From positions 95,838-159,837 of the IMG/VR virus record IMGVR_UViG_3300033153_013649: a stretch of DNA of 64,000 nucleotides; one strand, 5' to 3'. The position numbers were made by a program, and so were the translations under genes. Source of the stretch: a virus. The notes beneath the pieces were generated by a model. It worked only from the letters and a program-made list of their open reading frames with translations, did not search any database and was not told the DNA's origin. Every line of letters starts with the position of its first letter. Positions within the stretch are counted from its first letter, which is position 1. Positions 45,374-54,815 of the stretch are shown one piece after another.

Positions 45374-47098
45374 ATGAATGCAAAAGTAATATTCAGAACT
45401 ATAAGATGGAAAAATTTCTTATCTTATGGAAATACATGGACGGAAATACCATTAGATTCTGGTAATATTACTGTTATAACCGGAAAGAACGGAAGTGGGA
45501 AATCCTCCTTTTTAGACGCTCTTTATTTTGTTCTTATAGGTGCTCCTCTTCGCGAAGATATGAATAAAGATGGATTAGTTAATAATATAAACAAAAAAAG
45601 ATGTATTGTAGAAATAGAATTTGATACAAAAGGAAAACATTATTTAGTTAGACGGGGGATTAATCCAGCTATATTTGAAATAATAGAAGAAGGAGAACCT
45701 CTTAGAGAAGATGGAAAAAGAATAACTTTTTTTCAAGAAAAATTAGAAGCTATAACAGGATTAAATAAAAATCTTATTCGAAGTAATATCCTTATAAATT
45801 CATCTCTTAAATCCTTTTTCAAATTATATAAACACGAAAAAAGAGCAGTTCTCGACGATATTTTTAATTTAGAAAATTTTAATAAAATGTTCGAGAAAGA
45901 AAAAGCTACTAGAGAAAAAATATTACTTGATATTAAAGATAAAGAGCATAAACTCGAAATTCTTAAAGAATCTTATAAATATCAAAAAGAACAACTTAAA
46001 CAATATGAACAAATTATTGAAACTATAAAACGTCGATCTAGATCTGATAAAGAAATTATTGAGAACAAAATAAAGAAATTAGAAAAAGAAGTAGAAGAGA
46101 TTCTTAATAATATTCATCTTATTTCAGAAGAACTTGCAATCATAGAAGAAAAAAATTATAAAAGCCAAGAAGATTTAAATCAAATCGAAAAAATCAAATC
46201 TGAAATTCAAAAAGAACTAGATCTGATTTCAAAAGAAAAACCAATTAAAAAAACTTGCAATGAATGTGAACAAATTCTTCCGAAGAATATAATAGAAAAA
46301 TTAATTAACAAAAGAGAAAAAAAAATTAAAGCCAGAGAAAAAAAAGTTAAAGACCTAAAAGAAGAGTTAAAGAATTATATTCCAAAACCAAAAATTTTAC
46401 CTGTAGTTCGTTTAAAAAGAAGATTAGAAAAATTTAAAAGAGAAAAACACGTAAATCGAGAATTAGTTAAAAAATATCAAGAAGAATTAGATTCTTTCTC
46501 TTTCAAAATTCCTAAAAAACCAGAAATTGATCTTGAAAAAACAAAAAAGAAAGCTAGAACTATTCAACAAAATATTAAAAAACAAAAAAAACAATTTTCT
46601 TATCTTAAAGTAATGGATAAAATACTTAAAGATGGTGATTTGAAAACATATATTATAATGAAATATATTCCTTTTATAAATGAACAGTTTAATTATTATG
46701 TAGAAGTTTTTAATTTAGATTGTAAATTTAAATTCGATAATATGCTTAATCTTATTCCAATTTCTAGAAAATACCAAGGATACAAATATGGAAGTTTCAG
46801 TTCTGGTCAACAGATGAGATTAAATTTAGCTTTACTTTATACTTTTATTCAATTAGCTAAAATTATTAATTTCGGAACACTTAATCTTATGTATAATATT
46901 TTAGTTCTTGACGAATATATTGACCATGGATTAGATAATATAGGAATTGATGATTTTTTAGTAACTATCATCGAAAAAAACAAAAAGGAAAGAATTTCAA
47001 TTTTTATAATTTCCCATAAATTTGAATCTGGAAATACTGATTTTAAATCCCTTAAGGTTTATTTAGATAAAGGATTTTCGAAAATAAAAGAGGAATAA
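45374..47098 (+). CDS. gp46: Recombination ATPase, gp46/SbcC/Rad50-like
   Basis: KNFLSYGN, GKNGSGKS, coiled coil with CNEC hook, FSSGQ, LDE, ISH. Confidence 0.92.
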   Translation: MNAKVIFRTIRWKNFLSYGNTWTEIPLDSGNITVITGKNGSGKSSFLDALYFVLIGAPLREDMNKDGLVNNINKKRCIVEIEFDTKGKHYLVRRGINPAIFEIIEEGEPLREDGKRITFFQEKLEAITGLNKNLIRSNILINSSLKSFFKLYKHEKRAVLDDIFNLENFNKMFEKEKATREKILLDIKDKEHKLEILKESYKYQKEQLKQYEQIIETIKRRSRSDKEIIENKIKKLEKEVEEILNNIHLISEELAIIEEKNYKSQEDLNQIEKIKSEIQKELDLISKEKPIKKTCNECEQILPKNIIEKLINKREKKIKAREKKVKDLKEELKNYIPKPKILPVVRLKRRLEKFKREKHVNRELVKKYQEELDSFSFKIPKKPEIDLEKTKKKARTIQQNIKKQKKQFSYLKVMDKILKDGDLKTYIIMKYIPFINEQFNYYVEVFNLDCKFKFDNMLNLIPISRKYQGYKYGSFSSGQQMRLNLALLYTFIQLAKIINFGTLNLMYNILVLDEYIDHGLDNIGIDDFLVTIIEKNKKERISIFIISHKFESGNTDFKSLKVYLDKGFSKIKEE

Positions 47099-47099
47099 A

Positions 47100-47336
47100 T
47101 TGAAAAATCTTACTCAACAAGAAATTAATGGTATATTAAGAGAAATTGATATAAGAAGTACTACAGAAGAAGAGAAAATATTTTTTAGTAATTCAAAGGA
47201 TGATCCGAATTCGCCTCAAAATTTTCGTTACCGATATGAATATAGATCTCCAATAATTAAACAAAGCGCTCTAATAATATTGAAATATCCATATTTACCT
47301 TCGAAAATTTATCATAAAAAACAAAAAAGTTGTTGA
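47100..47336 (+). CDS. Hypothetical protein
   Basis: GAGGA RBS with TTG start. Confidence 0.45.
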   Translation: MKNLTQQEINGILREIDIRSTTEEEKIFFSNSKDDPNSPQNFRYRYEYRSPIIKQSALIILKYPYLPSKIYHKKQKSC

Positions 47337-47388
47337 CAACCTCCATTTTATTTAGTATATTATATAGACAATAAAATTGGAGAAGAAA

Positions 47389-47856
47389 ATGAAATATAAG
47401 ATTACTGAAATTTTAAAACAAGCTCGAGAAGATTCTCGTCAAGTTAAAAATATGGCTTATCGCTCTTTATCAGACAAACAGAAAATAGTTCGCGGACGGG
47501 GGCGTAAGATAGAAATTTTTAGTTATTCTGGATCTCTATTATGTGAAGTGCTTTGGACAGCTAATTTCTATAATACAAAAAAGGAAATCGATTTTGCTAT
47601 TAAAAAAATAGAAAATCGTTGTCTTGAAGAAAGAGAATCAATTACCGTTTCTTTAATTCATGAATTTGATTTATGCGAATCTCTTAATGATTATGAATGG
47701 TGTATTCCATTTGATGAGTTTGCAGAAACAATCGTTTTTAAAATGATCAGAGAACAAGGATCAGATCATATTACTAAATTATATTTTCCTAATACTGACC
47801 CTCGAATAGAAAAACATAATTCACAATGTGAATGTAATTATTGTATAAAGAATTAA
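47389..47856 (+). CDS. Early hypothetical protein
   Basis: Follows the duplicated promoter cassette. Confidence 0.7.
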   Translation: MKYKITEILKQAREDSRQVKNMAYRSLSDKQKIVRGRGRKIEIFSYSGSLLCEVLWTANFYNTKKEIDFAIKKIENRCLEERESITVSLIHEFDLCESLNDYEWCIPFDEFAETIVFKMIREQGSDHITKLYFPNTDPRIEKHNSQCECNYCIKN

Positions 47857-47859
47857 GAG

Positions 47860-48444
47860 ATGAAAACGAAATTAAAAGATATTACTGAAATTTCGAAACA
47901 GACTAGAGAATATTCTAACCAAATTGAAAATATGACTTCTCTATCTGATCAACAGAAAATGATAATTGATATTGGATCAAAATCTTCTTGGCCAGCTAAT
48001 CTTCTATCGAATTTTGCTAAATCTCCGTTTACTATTCATGGGATAAAATGTAATTCGATGGAAGGATTTATTCAGGCTTTGAAATTTAAAAATCCTGAAG
48101 TTCAAATTAAAGTTTGTCAGCTTGTAGGATTAGAAGCTAAAAAAAGAGGATATAATATAAAATGGTGGGAAAGACCAGAAAGAGAACAATTGTTCTGGAA
48201 GGGTATCGGATTTAAAGCTCACGGTTCAGTTCACATGAAATTAATAGGGCACGCTTTATATTGTAAATTTGGAGCTAAAAATAATAGCAATTTCCAAGCG
48301 GCTTTATTAGCTACTGGTGAAGCTAAATTAGTTCATTCTATCGGGAAAGAAGAACGAACTTCACTTAGAGCTAGTGATTTCTGTAGATTATTAACTCAAA
48401 TAAGAAATGGAATTAGAGGAAGATATGTTCCGAATTTTAAATAA
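47860..48444 (+). CDS. NADAR-family protein (T4 gp30.3-like)
   Basis: LSNFA..PF..HG....SMEGFIQALKF, F..ALLATG...L.HS.G. Confidence 0.75.
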   Translation: MKTKLKDITEISKQTREYSNQIENMTSLSDQQKMIIDIGSKSSWPANLLSNFAKSPFTIHGIKCNSMEGFIQALKFKNPEVQIKVCQLVGLEAKKRGYNIKWWERPEREQLFWKGIGFKAHGSVHMKLIGHALYCKFGAKNNSNFQAALLATGEAKLVHSIGKEERTSLRASDFCRLLTQIRNGIRGRYVPNFK

Positions 48445-48503
48445 TTAAGAAAAAGAATTAATTATACTAAATATCAAATGTTAAACTATTAAAGGAGAAG
48501 AAA

Positions 48504-48908
48504 ATGAAGGCATCTTATGAATTAACAATTAAAAAAAACAAAAATATAGTAAATGACCAAATTCTTGAAAGTACTTTTTTATCCTCTTGTGATCATAAAT
48601 TCGATTCAGAATTTTGTACTGAATGTGGACAAAGAAAAAGAACTGTTACTCTAAAAACTGAAGTATGTTTCGAAATCGGTCTTGTATTGGGAAATTCTAT
48701 AGAATCAATTCAAGAAAGATTTAGTTGTGATGGAGAATTTGATCCCTTAAGTGAGAAAATAAAATGGAATTCTCCTTTAAAAGATATGTGTACAATATCT
48801 AAAAAATTCCCTAATCTCTTTTTTATTCTTAAAAAGTCGGGAGATAATCCAGAAGATTCTTGGAAAGCGTATTTTAAAAATGGAATTCGATTTCAAATTC
48901 TCACGTAG
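48504..48908 (+). CDS. Hypothetical protein with zinc-ribbon motif
   Basis: C.H....FCTECG. Confidence 0.6.
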   Translation: MKASYELTIKKNKNIVNDQILESTFLSSCDHKFDSEFCTECGQRKRTVTLKTEVCFEIGLVLGNSIESIQERFSCDGEFDPLSEKIKWNSPLKDMCTISKKFPNLFFILKKSGDNPEDSWKAYFKNGIRFQILT

Positions 48909-49014
48909 AAGTTAAATATGAAAAATTTGACGAAAACAAATTAAAATATTTATGAGGTCATGAATTTAATTCAAATTTTTGTACTGAATGTAAACAAATA
49001 ACAAAAAGGAAGAT

Positions 49015-49245
49015 ATGATATCAATAGTACTAGCACTGGCAGCTTGCTTGTTTCTCGTTATCTTTTACTTAGTAAGTAAAGAAGAAAACGCGGGTTATCT
49101 AGTAGATAGACTAGGTACGAGCCTCGGAATATTAATTATGATTGCATTTCTAGGATTAATGACTTTTGCAGCTATCTTAACTCTTATAGCATGGTCCGGT
49201 ATATTCTACTACTACATAATCATGCCTCTAATAAATCTGTTTTAA
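49015..49245 (+). CDS. Small membrane protein
   Basis: Two hydrophobic segments. Confidence 0.6.
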   Translation: MISIVLALAACLFLVIFYLVSKEENAGYLVDRLGTSLGILIMIAFLGLMTFAAILTLIAWSGIFYYYIIMPLINLF

Positions 49246-49257
49246 AAGGAAAATAAG

Positions 49258-50028
49258 ATGAGTAAAATCGAGTGGGTACAAAACCCAGATGGCACACGGG
49301 GCGAGACTTGGAACTTGTGGCATGGATGTACAAAAATCAGTCCGGGTTGTAAACACTGTTATGCGGAACGGTTCGCTAAGCGGCTTGGGTCGTGCAAAAA
49401 ATATGATGGCACGATTAAATACTTTCCTGAACGCAATAACCAACCGCTGCACTGGAAAAAGCCGAGAATGATATTCGTTAACAGTATGAGCGATTTGTTC
49501 CATGAGAGCTTATCTTTTGAAACAATATTCACAATTTCAGCTATAATATCTATAATGAGCGCAACTCCTCGACATGTTTATCAGATTTTAACAAAGAGAC
49601 CAGAACAGGCATTGTTTTATAATTTTCCATCAAACGTCTGGCTCGGCGTATCGGTGGAATCCCTTGAATATCTACCTCGGATTGAGACCCTTTTAAAAAT
49701 TCCGACGACAGTGCGGTTTGTGAGTTTTGAACCTCTATTGTCTGATGTTGGAGATATATCAGAATATTTACCTCATGAAATAAGGTTGGCGTTCCCGGAT
49801 TATGAACGTTCAAGATTAGATGGAATTGACTGGGTAATTGTTGGCTGCGAATCGGGTCCAAATCGACGCCCCTGTAAGCTAGAATGGGTGCGGAATATCG
49901 TTGCCCAGTGTAAAAACGCACATGTACCCGTGTTCGTCAAGCAGCTTAGCCTTAACGGTAAAGTCGAACACAACGTCGAGAGGTTCCCGGCGGATTTGCA
50001 AATTCGGGAATTTCCGAAACAGGGGTAA
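49258..50028 (+). CDS. Phage Gp37/Gp68 (DUF5131) family protein
   Basis: MSKIEW...TWN.W.GCTKISPGC.HCYA, IFVNSMSDLFH, QILTKRP, WVIVGCESG. Confidence 0.9.
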   Translation: MSKIEWVQNPDGTRGETWNLWHGCTKISPGCKHCYAERFAKRLGSCKKYDGTIKYFPERNNQPLHWKKPRMIFVNSMSDLFHESLSFETIFTISAIISIMSATPRHVYQILTKRPEQALFYNFPSNVWLGVSVESLEYLPRIETLLKIPTTVRFVSFEPLLSDVGDISEYLPHEIRLAFPDYERSRLDGIDWVIVGCESGPNRRPCKLEWVRNIVAQCKNAHVPVFVKQLSLNGKVEHNVERFPADLQIREFPKQG

Positions 50029-50077
50029 AATGTTATAAAGAAGTAAAAAGTGGAATACAACGAAGAGGATAAGCTAA

Positions 50078-50308
50078 ATGAACAAAAACAATCAACCTAA
50101 AAAGAGCGTAAGGCTAGAATGCTCCTGTATCGACTGGAGGGAGAATCATCCGATATTCGTTAATATGTTTATGTACATGATGGTTCACGGACAGGGCGGA
50201 TACAATGGAAAACTTTATACTTATTGCCCCTGGTGCGGCAAAAAACTGGAGAAAGTGGGAGAGTATAATTATGTCCAAAAACTCCTTCGTGATAGTCGAA
50301 GTGAATAA
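50078..50308 (+). CDS. Small zinc-ribbon protein
   Basis: CSC...YCPWCGKKL. Confidence 0.6.
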   Translation: MNKNNQPKKSVRLECSCIDWRENHPIFVNMFMYMMVHGQGGYNGKLYTYCPWCGKKLEKVGEYNYVQKLLRDSRSE

Positions 50309-50522
50309 TACTTTCAAGGCTCGACGTGGATGGACAAAAAGAATATCAGATATAATTAATCTTGAGGAACATGAATGTTATCCCGGTGAATTATGGGAGT
50401 GTGAAATTGTTTCAAGAGAAGATAACAAGGTTAAACTTTTAGATAAAGTTGTGAGATATTATGAAAGAAGAGATAAATTTAAAAAGCTGTATATGAAAAA
50501 AAAGGAAAAACAACAACTATAA
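50271..50522 (+). CDS. Hypothetical protein
   Basis: ORF track frame; GGAG RBS before MSKN. Confidence 0.5.
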   Translation: MSKNSFVIVEVNNTFKARRGWTKRISDIINLEEHECYPGELWECEIVSREDNKVKLLDKVVRYYERRDKFKKLYMKKKEKQQL

Positions 50523-50635
50523 GAAAAATACTTAATTGGAGTTGTTACATAATATAATTTGCCAGATTTTACAACTAATAATGAAGAAATATGTAGTTTC
50601 AATATCCAATTTAATTTGAACGAGAGGTTCTCGAA

Positions 50636-50896
50636 ATGAAAAAACAGACAAAACTTAATTATGTAAAATTTGAAATGAAATGCCCCGAATGTAACGTCTT
50701 GTTAAAAGATTTTCTAACAGACAATGCTTCAGGGGTTTTACAATGTAATTCGATTGACCTATGGAAGGTATTCAATTTTTATACTCTTTGTCCTAATTGC
50801 GACACGTGGATCGAGTTTAATAGAAAGCCTCAAAATATAACCATTGAGGATTTCGAAATGACACAAATGAAACGAACCTGGGATCTCTTTAAATAA
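50636..50896 (+). CDS. Zinc-ribbon protein
   Basis: CPEC...CPNC. Confidence 0.6.
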   Translation: MKKQTKLNYVKFEMKCPECNVLLKDFLTDNASGVLQCNSIDLWKVFNFYTLCPNCDTWIEFNRKPQNITIEDFEMTQMKRTWDLFK

Positions 50897-51469
50897 TTAA
50901 TCTTCTAAACATTTATATAAAGCAAAAGCATCAATCATATCATTAATTGGGTTCTCATAGATTTTCTGCTCGAGCTCATTTTTTTGTATCCATTTTAAAA
51001 GTACATTGTTCGGATAATCTTTCCTAAATTGTTCTACCATAAGAACTTTAGAAGCTGCTCCGTTTCCTGTAAAATTCTTTTTTACTGTTCCAGGTTGAAA
51101 AACATTAATATAAATTCCTCTTTGCAAAAGTTGAGATTTTACAAATCCAGTAAATTCTCCAATATCAAAAACATATCCTGGATCAGTTTTACCAAATCCA
51201 TAAGCATATCCTTCTATTGCTACTTCAATAACATTATGGATCATCATAATCTCCATAATCATTTCTGCATTTTTTTGGTATCTCTGCAGATTTCTAGTTA
51301 ATTTACTTTCTTTTAGATTATATCCTGCACTTTGATTTCCATGAATCCATTTTTCTCCTTTTGTCATCTTCGGCCATTTTTGTGTTTTATGAAAGAAATA
51401 AAAATGGTTATTAGAAATATAAATTCCTGTTCCATCTATCGAAATATCTAATCCAGCTTTTGTATACAT
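50897..51469 (-). CDS. RuvC-like Holliday junction resolvase
   Basis: AGLDIS...TG, VAIEGY, IGE..G, P.TVKK..TGNG.ASK, D..DA; own promoter at 51489-51518 on the minus strand. Confidence 0.85.
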   Translation of the reverse strand: MYTKAGLDISIDGTGIYISNNHFYFFHKTQKWPKMTKGEKWIHGNQSAGYNLKESKLTRNLQRYQKNAEMIMEIMMIHNVIEVAIEGYAYGFGKTDPGYVFDIGEFTGFVKSQLLQRGIYINVFQPGTVKKNFTGNGAASKVLMVEQFRKDYPNNVLLKWIQKNELEQKIYENPINDMIDAFALYKCLED

Positions 51470-51576
51470 AATTTCTTTTCCTTTATAAAATATAAAAAAA
51501 TTAAAGACCGTTTGTCAATAAGTATTTATCTTTTATTCTTCAATAATATAAATAACTAAAAAACAGTGGATAAATT

Positions 51577-52677
51577 ATGTACAAAGATTTTAAGATTAAA
51601 TCAGAAGGAAAGATAGATTCGCCGTTTGAATTTGGTACTAATATTGATATAAACACTAATCTATTTTTTGTAGAATTAGGAGGAAATAACGAAAATATAA
51701 TCGCTTCAAATAAAAGTCAAGCAGACTTAGCTAAAATGATGATTAAAAGTATTAATATGCCTGATATCACATTTGAAGATTTAAATATATTCAAGGGAGG
51801 ATACGAAAAAACTTTTGCTGGCAGTAGAACGATTGGAGATTTTGAAATTACTTCTTATAATGATATAAATTCTGAAACTTTAAACTTTTGGAATAATTGG
51901 ATCAATTATATATTTGTTGGAAAGAAAGGTCTTTTTGACTATAGATCGTTTCCCGATGAATATAAATTAAATATTTCTATTGAAAAACTTGGACGAACTA
52001 ATTATAAAACAATTTCTAAATATAATCTTATTGGAGTTTATCCGAAAAATTTATCTGGTTTAAATCTCGATAAGTCTGGAGAATCTGCCCCCTTGGATTT
52101 TGTGATCGGCCTTTCTGTAGATCAAATTAAATTTGAAATTACAGAAAAAAAAGAAACAGAAGGAGAAGTAGAATTATTAAAACTAAGATCCGATCTTAAA
52201 AATCTCGACAAAGAAATGCAATGGCAAGTCACCAAAGGAAAATTAATAGATACTAATACTTTAAAAGATAAAATGAATCTTGCTGGTTTTGCTAGAGCTC
52301 GAGAGACAATTCAAGAAAAATTAAAAAGATCCGCGCAAGAAATACTAAAACAGGCAGCAAGAGAATTTGAAAAGAAAATTCGAGCTAGAATACCTCATCC
52401 TCTAGATGATATTTCTTTTCTCGATTGGCAGAAAAATATCCAAATATTATATGATGCTATAGAAGGATATACAAGAAATCAAATTCTTAAAGGAATAAAT
52501 GAATTAACGAGTATAGGAGGAAGAAAATCTAATATTTCTATCTCTTGGGATGAACCAACTAATACTTCGGGAGAGATTCCAGAAATTTCGTGGGATAATC
52601 CAACTAATACTCCGGCGGAAATTCCAGATTTCAGTTATCTTTTAAATTTTCCGCCAACAACAAATAAAAGGCCTTAA
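51577..52677 (+). CDS. Tail tube-like protein (gp19/gp54 family) with long C-terminal extension
   Basis: MP.I.F...AG.RT..DF.IT.Y.D......F..W...I; Y.L.GVYP. Confidence 0.7.
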   Translation: MYKDFKIKSEGKIDSPFEFGTNIDINTNLFFVELGGNNENIIASNKSQADLAKMMIKSINMPDITFEDLNIFKGGYEKTFAGSRTIGDFEITSYNDINSETLNFWNNWINYIFVGKKGLFDYRSFPDEYKLNISIEKLGRTNYKTISKYNLIGVYPKNLSGLNLDKSGESAPLDFVIGLSVDQIKFEITEKKETEGEVELLKLRSDLKNLDKEMQWQVTKGKLIDTNTLKDKMNLAGFARARETIQEKLKRSAQEILKQAAREFEKKIRARIPHPLDDISFLDWQKNIQILYDAIEGYTRNQILKGINELTSIGGRKSNISISWDEPTNTSGEIPEISWDNPTNTPAEIPDFSYLLNFPPTTNKRP

Positions 52678-52756
52678 TTCGAATCAAAATGCAAAGCAGT
52701 TAAAAATTATACGTAGAATTAAATTCCTAAAATATATAAAGAAACAGGAGTAAGGA

Positions 52757-53206
52757 ATGAAAAAGTTTTTTAAAAATTTAAATATCATACCTTATATTAT
52801 TGACGGAAAAACTTATTTTATTCGTGATATTTTTGATATAGATAAAATCTATTCTATTGTAGATAAATATATAAAAAATATCAAATTCTATGAAGTTCAT
52901 AAATTACAAGATGGAGACAAATGGGAAAGTTTAGCTTTAAAATACTATGGAAATCAAAAAATGTTCTGGATCCTGATATTAATAAACGAAATGGATGATC
53001 CTTATTATGATTTTGCTTTAACTCTTAGAGAAATTGCTAGAGCTACTTATTATAATAGTTTATCTGATCTAGCATTGCAAAATAGAATTGTAAATTATAA
53101 TAGAGCATTAATAAATAATGATACAAAAAGAGAACTAAGAATATTAAAACCTGAATATATTTCAAAATTTGAATTTGAAATATTTAACGTATTAAAAAAA
53201 TCTTAA
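52757..53206 (+). CDS. gp53: Baseplate wedge gp53-like (LysM-type) protein
   Basis: FFK....I.Y; GD..E.LA.KYYG....W.IL..N...DP..D; N..KR.L.ILKPEY. Confidence 0.85.
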   Translation: MKKFFKNLNIIPYIIDGKTYFIRDIFDIDKIYSIVDKYIKNIKFYEVHKLQDGDKWESLALKYYGNQKMFWILILINEMDDPYYDFALTLREIARATYYNSLSDLALQNRIVNYNRALINNDTKRELRILKPEYISKFEFEIFNVLKKS

Positions 53207-53220
53207 GGGAGAAAAATATT

Positions 53221-53949
53221 ATGTCTAAAGAATTTCAATTTACTTATAAAAGCATTATAACAGGAGAAGAAATTCCTTATAATGCGATGACTGTAAGAAA
53301 TCAAAGACAATTAATAGAAATATTAGAAAATATTGATTCTGGAGTCGAAGAAGATATAAATTTTATTCAATTATTAAAGAGAATATGTGGAGAACTGATA
53401 GGAATTCCATATACTAATTTATTTTATAATGATTTCGAATATCTAGTGTTTCTTATAAGATATAGGACTTACGGAGAAACTATAAGGTATCATCTTACTG
53501 ATGAATCTGGAGAATTTTTAAAGGGTCCTTCAGATAAAATTAGAGAATTCAAATTTAATATTCTTAAAGATATAAATGTTCCAAAGGTAAAAGATAAAAA
53601 AGCCAGAGCTGAAATAAAAATGGAGAACGGAGACATTGTTATTATTTCCCCTTTATATTGTGAAGAATATTTTAATTTGAATTTAGATGCAAGTGAAACA
53701 AAACTTGGTCTTGAATTAATTACTACTTCTCTAAGGAAATTTAAACGGGGAGATGATCAAATTAAAGAATTTTTTGATATTAATGAGAAAATAGAATATA
53801 TAGATAAATTATCTCTTAAAGATCTAAAACGACTAACAAAAAATTTCGAAACGTTTCCTAGAATATCTCTAAATAAAAAAGAAAATGTAGATGGTATGGT
53901 CTACAGAGTTTCTTTTGGAGATATGCGTTCAAATTTTTTCGAACTATAA
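53221..53949 (+). CDS. gp26: Baseplate hub assembly protein, gp26-like
   Basis: Y..MTV, D.EYL...IR..TYGE.I, ends NFF; position after gp53. Confidence 0.7.
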   Translation: MSKEFQFTYKSIITGEEIPYNAMTVRNQRQLIEILENIDSGVEEDINFIQLLKRICGELIGIPYTNLFYNDFEYLVFLIRYRTYGETIRYHLTDESGEFLKGPSDKIREFKFNILKDINVPKVKDKKARAEIKMENGDIVIISPLYCEEYFNLNLDASETKLGLELITTSLRKFKRGDDQIKEFFDINEKIEYIDKLSLKDLKRLTKNFETFPRISLNKKENVDGMVYRVSFGDMRSNFFEL

Positions 53950-54134
53950 TAACAAACGGGGTTAAATTACGAACCTTATATAATTTAATATATTTTTTGA
54001 AAAGAGAAATTGGATTAAGTATTCAGGAAATTGATAATCTACGACCTTTTGAAATTGATATTTTTGAAATGCTTTGGGTTATAGATGAAAAGAAAAAACA
54101 ACAAGCTCGAAAACAAAGGGAAAGAACAAGATAA
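53934..54134 (+). CDS. gp51-like domain in the -1 frame, no start codon of its own
   Basis: LSIQEIDNLRPFEIDIF motif; frame entered at slippery T TTT TTC. Confidence 0.65.
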   Translation, partial: FFRTIITNGVKLRTLYNLIYFLKREIGLSIQEIDNLRPFEIDIFEMLWVIDEKKKQQARKQRERTR

Positions 54135-54137
54135 AAG

Positions 54138-54326
54138 ATGGAAACAATAAAACTATGTACGGCTAAAGAAAGATGGACAGGATGTCGAATTAAAAAGAAT
54201 CTTTGTTGTGTGTTTTGTGAATATTTAGACGAATGTTTGTATAAATTCGAACAAGATAAAAAAAATAAAATTAGACCTTGTGAACCAGGATTTGAAAAAA
54301 ATTGTGAATTTTTATCAGAGGTTTAA
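54138..54326 (+). CDS. Small Cys-rich protein
   Basis: C..C..CCVFC...C..C..C. Confidence 0.55.
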   Translation: METIKLCTAKERWTGCRIKKNLCCVFCEYLDECLYKFEQDKKNKIRPCEPGFEKNCEFLSEV

Positions 54327-54815
54327 ATGCCAAATCCTCTTGAATTTATCAAAAAAAAGCTTAAGATTGGAGAATGGAAATTTCGAGGTTTTAAACCTGG
54401 ATATATTTACAGTTATAAGTATGATCCTAAATATCGAGATACCCTTGCTTATTATGATGGGTTCCCGTTGATCATTTTCCTTAAATTTGTTAAAGGAGGA
54501 TTCTACGGTTTGAATATTCATTTTACTCCAATGAAGATTCGAGAAAAGATGTTTAAACAATTTAAATATAAACAAGGAAAAAAAGAAGAAATAAGATCAG
54601 AATCCGTTTGGACAAGTTTAAATACTGTTAGAAGATATTTTCCAGTCATAATTCGTAGATATTTGACTGGGCATATAAGAGGAAGAATAATAGCTATTCC
54701 CCCAACAAAATATACTGTAGAAGAATTAAAAAACTTTCCAACAGAAAAATTTTTTAAACTTTCTTCAAATGAAATATTTAAAATTGCAATGCTACAAAGA
54801 AAGAGTAAAAAATAA
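54327..54815 (+). CDS. gp2: DNA end protector protein, gp2-like
   Basis: PG.IY.Y.YDPKY..TL.YYD.FPL...GF.GLN.HF...I.RYL..H. Confidence 0.85.
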   Translation: MPNPLEFIKKKLKIGEWKFRGFKPGYIYSYKYDPKYRDTLAYYDGFPLIIFLKFVKGGFYGLNIHFTPMKIREKMFKQFKYKQGKKEEIRSESVWTSLNTVRRYFPVIIRRYLTGHIRGRIIAIPPTKYTVEELKNFPTEKFFKLSSNEIFKIAMLQRKSKK

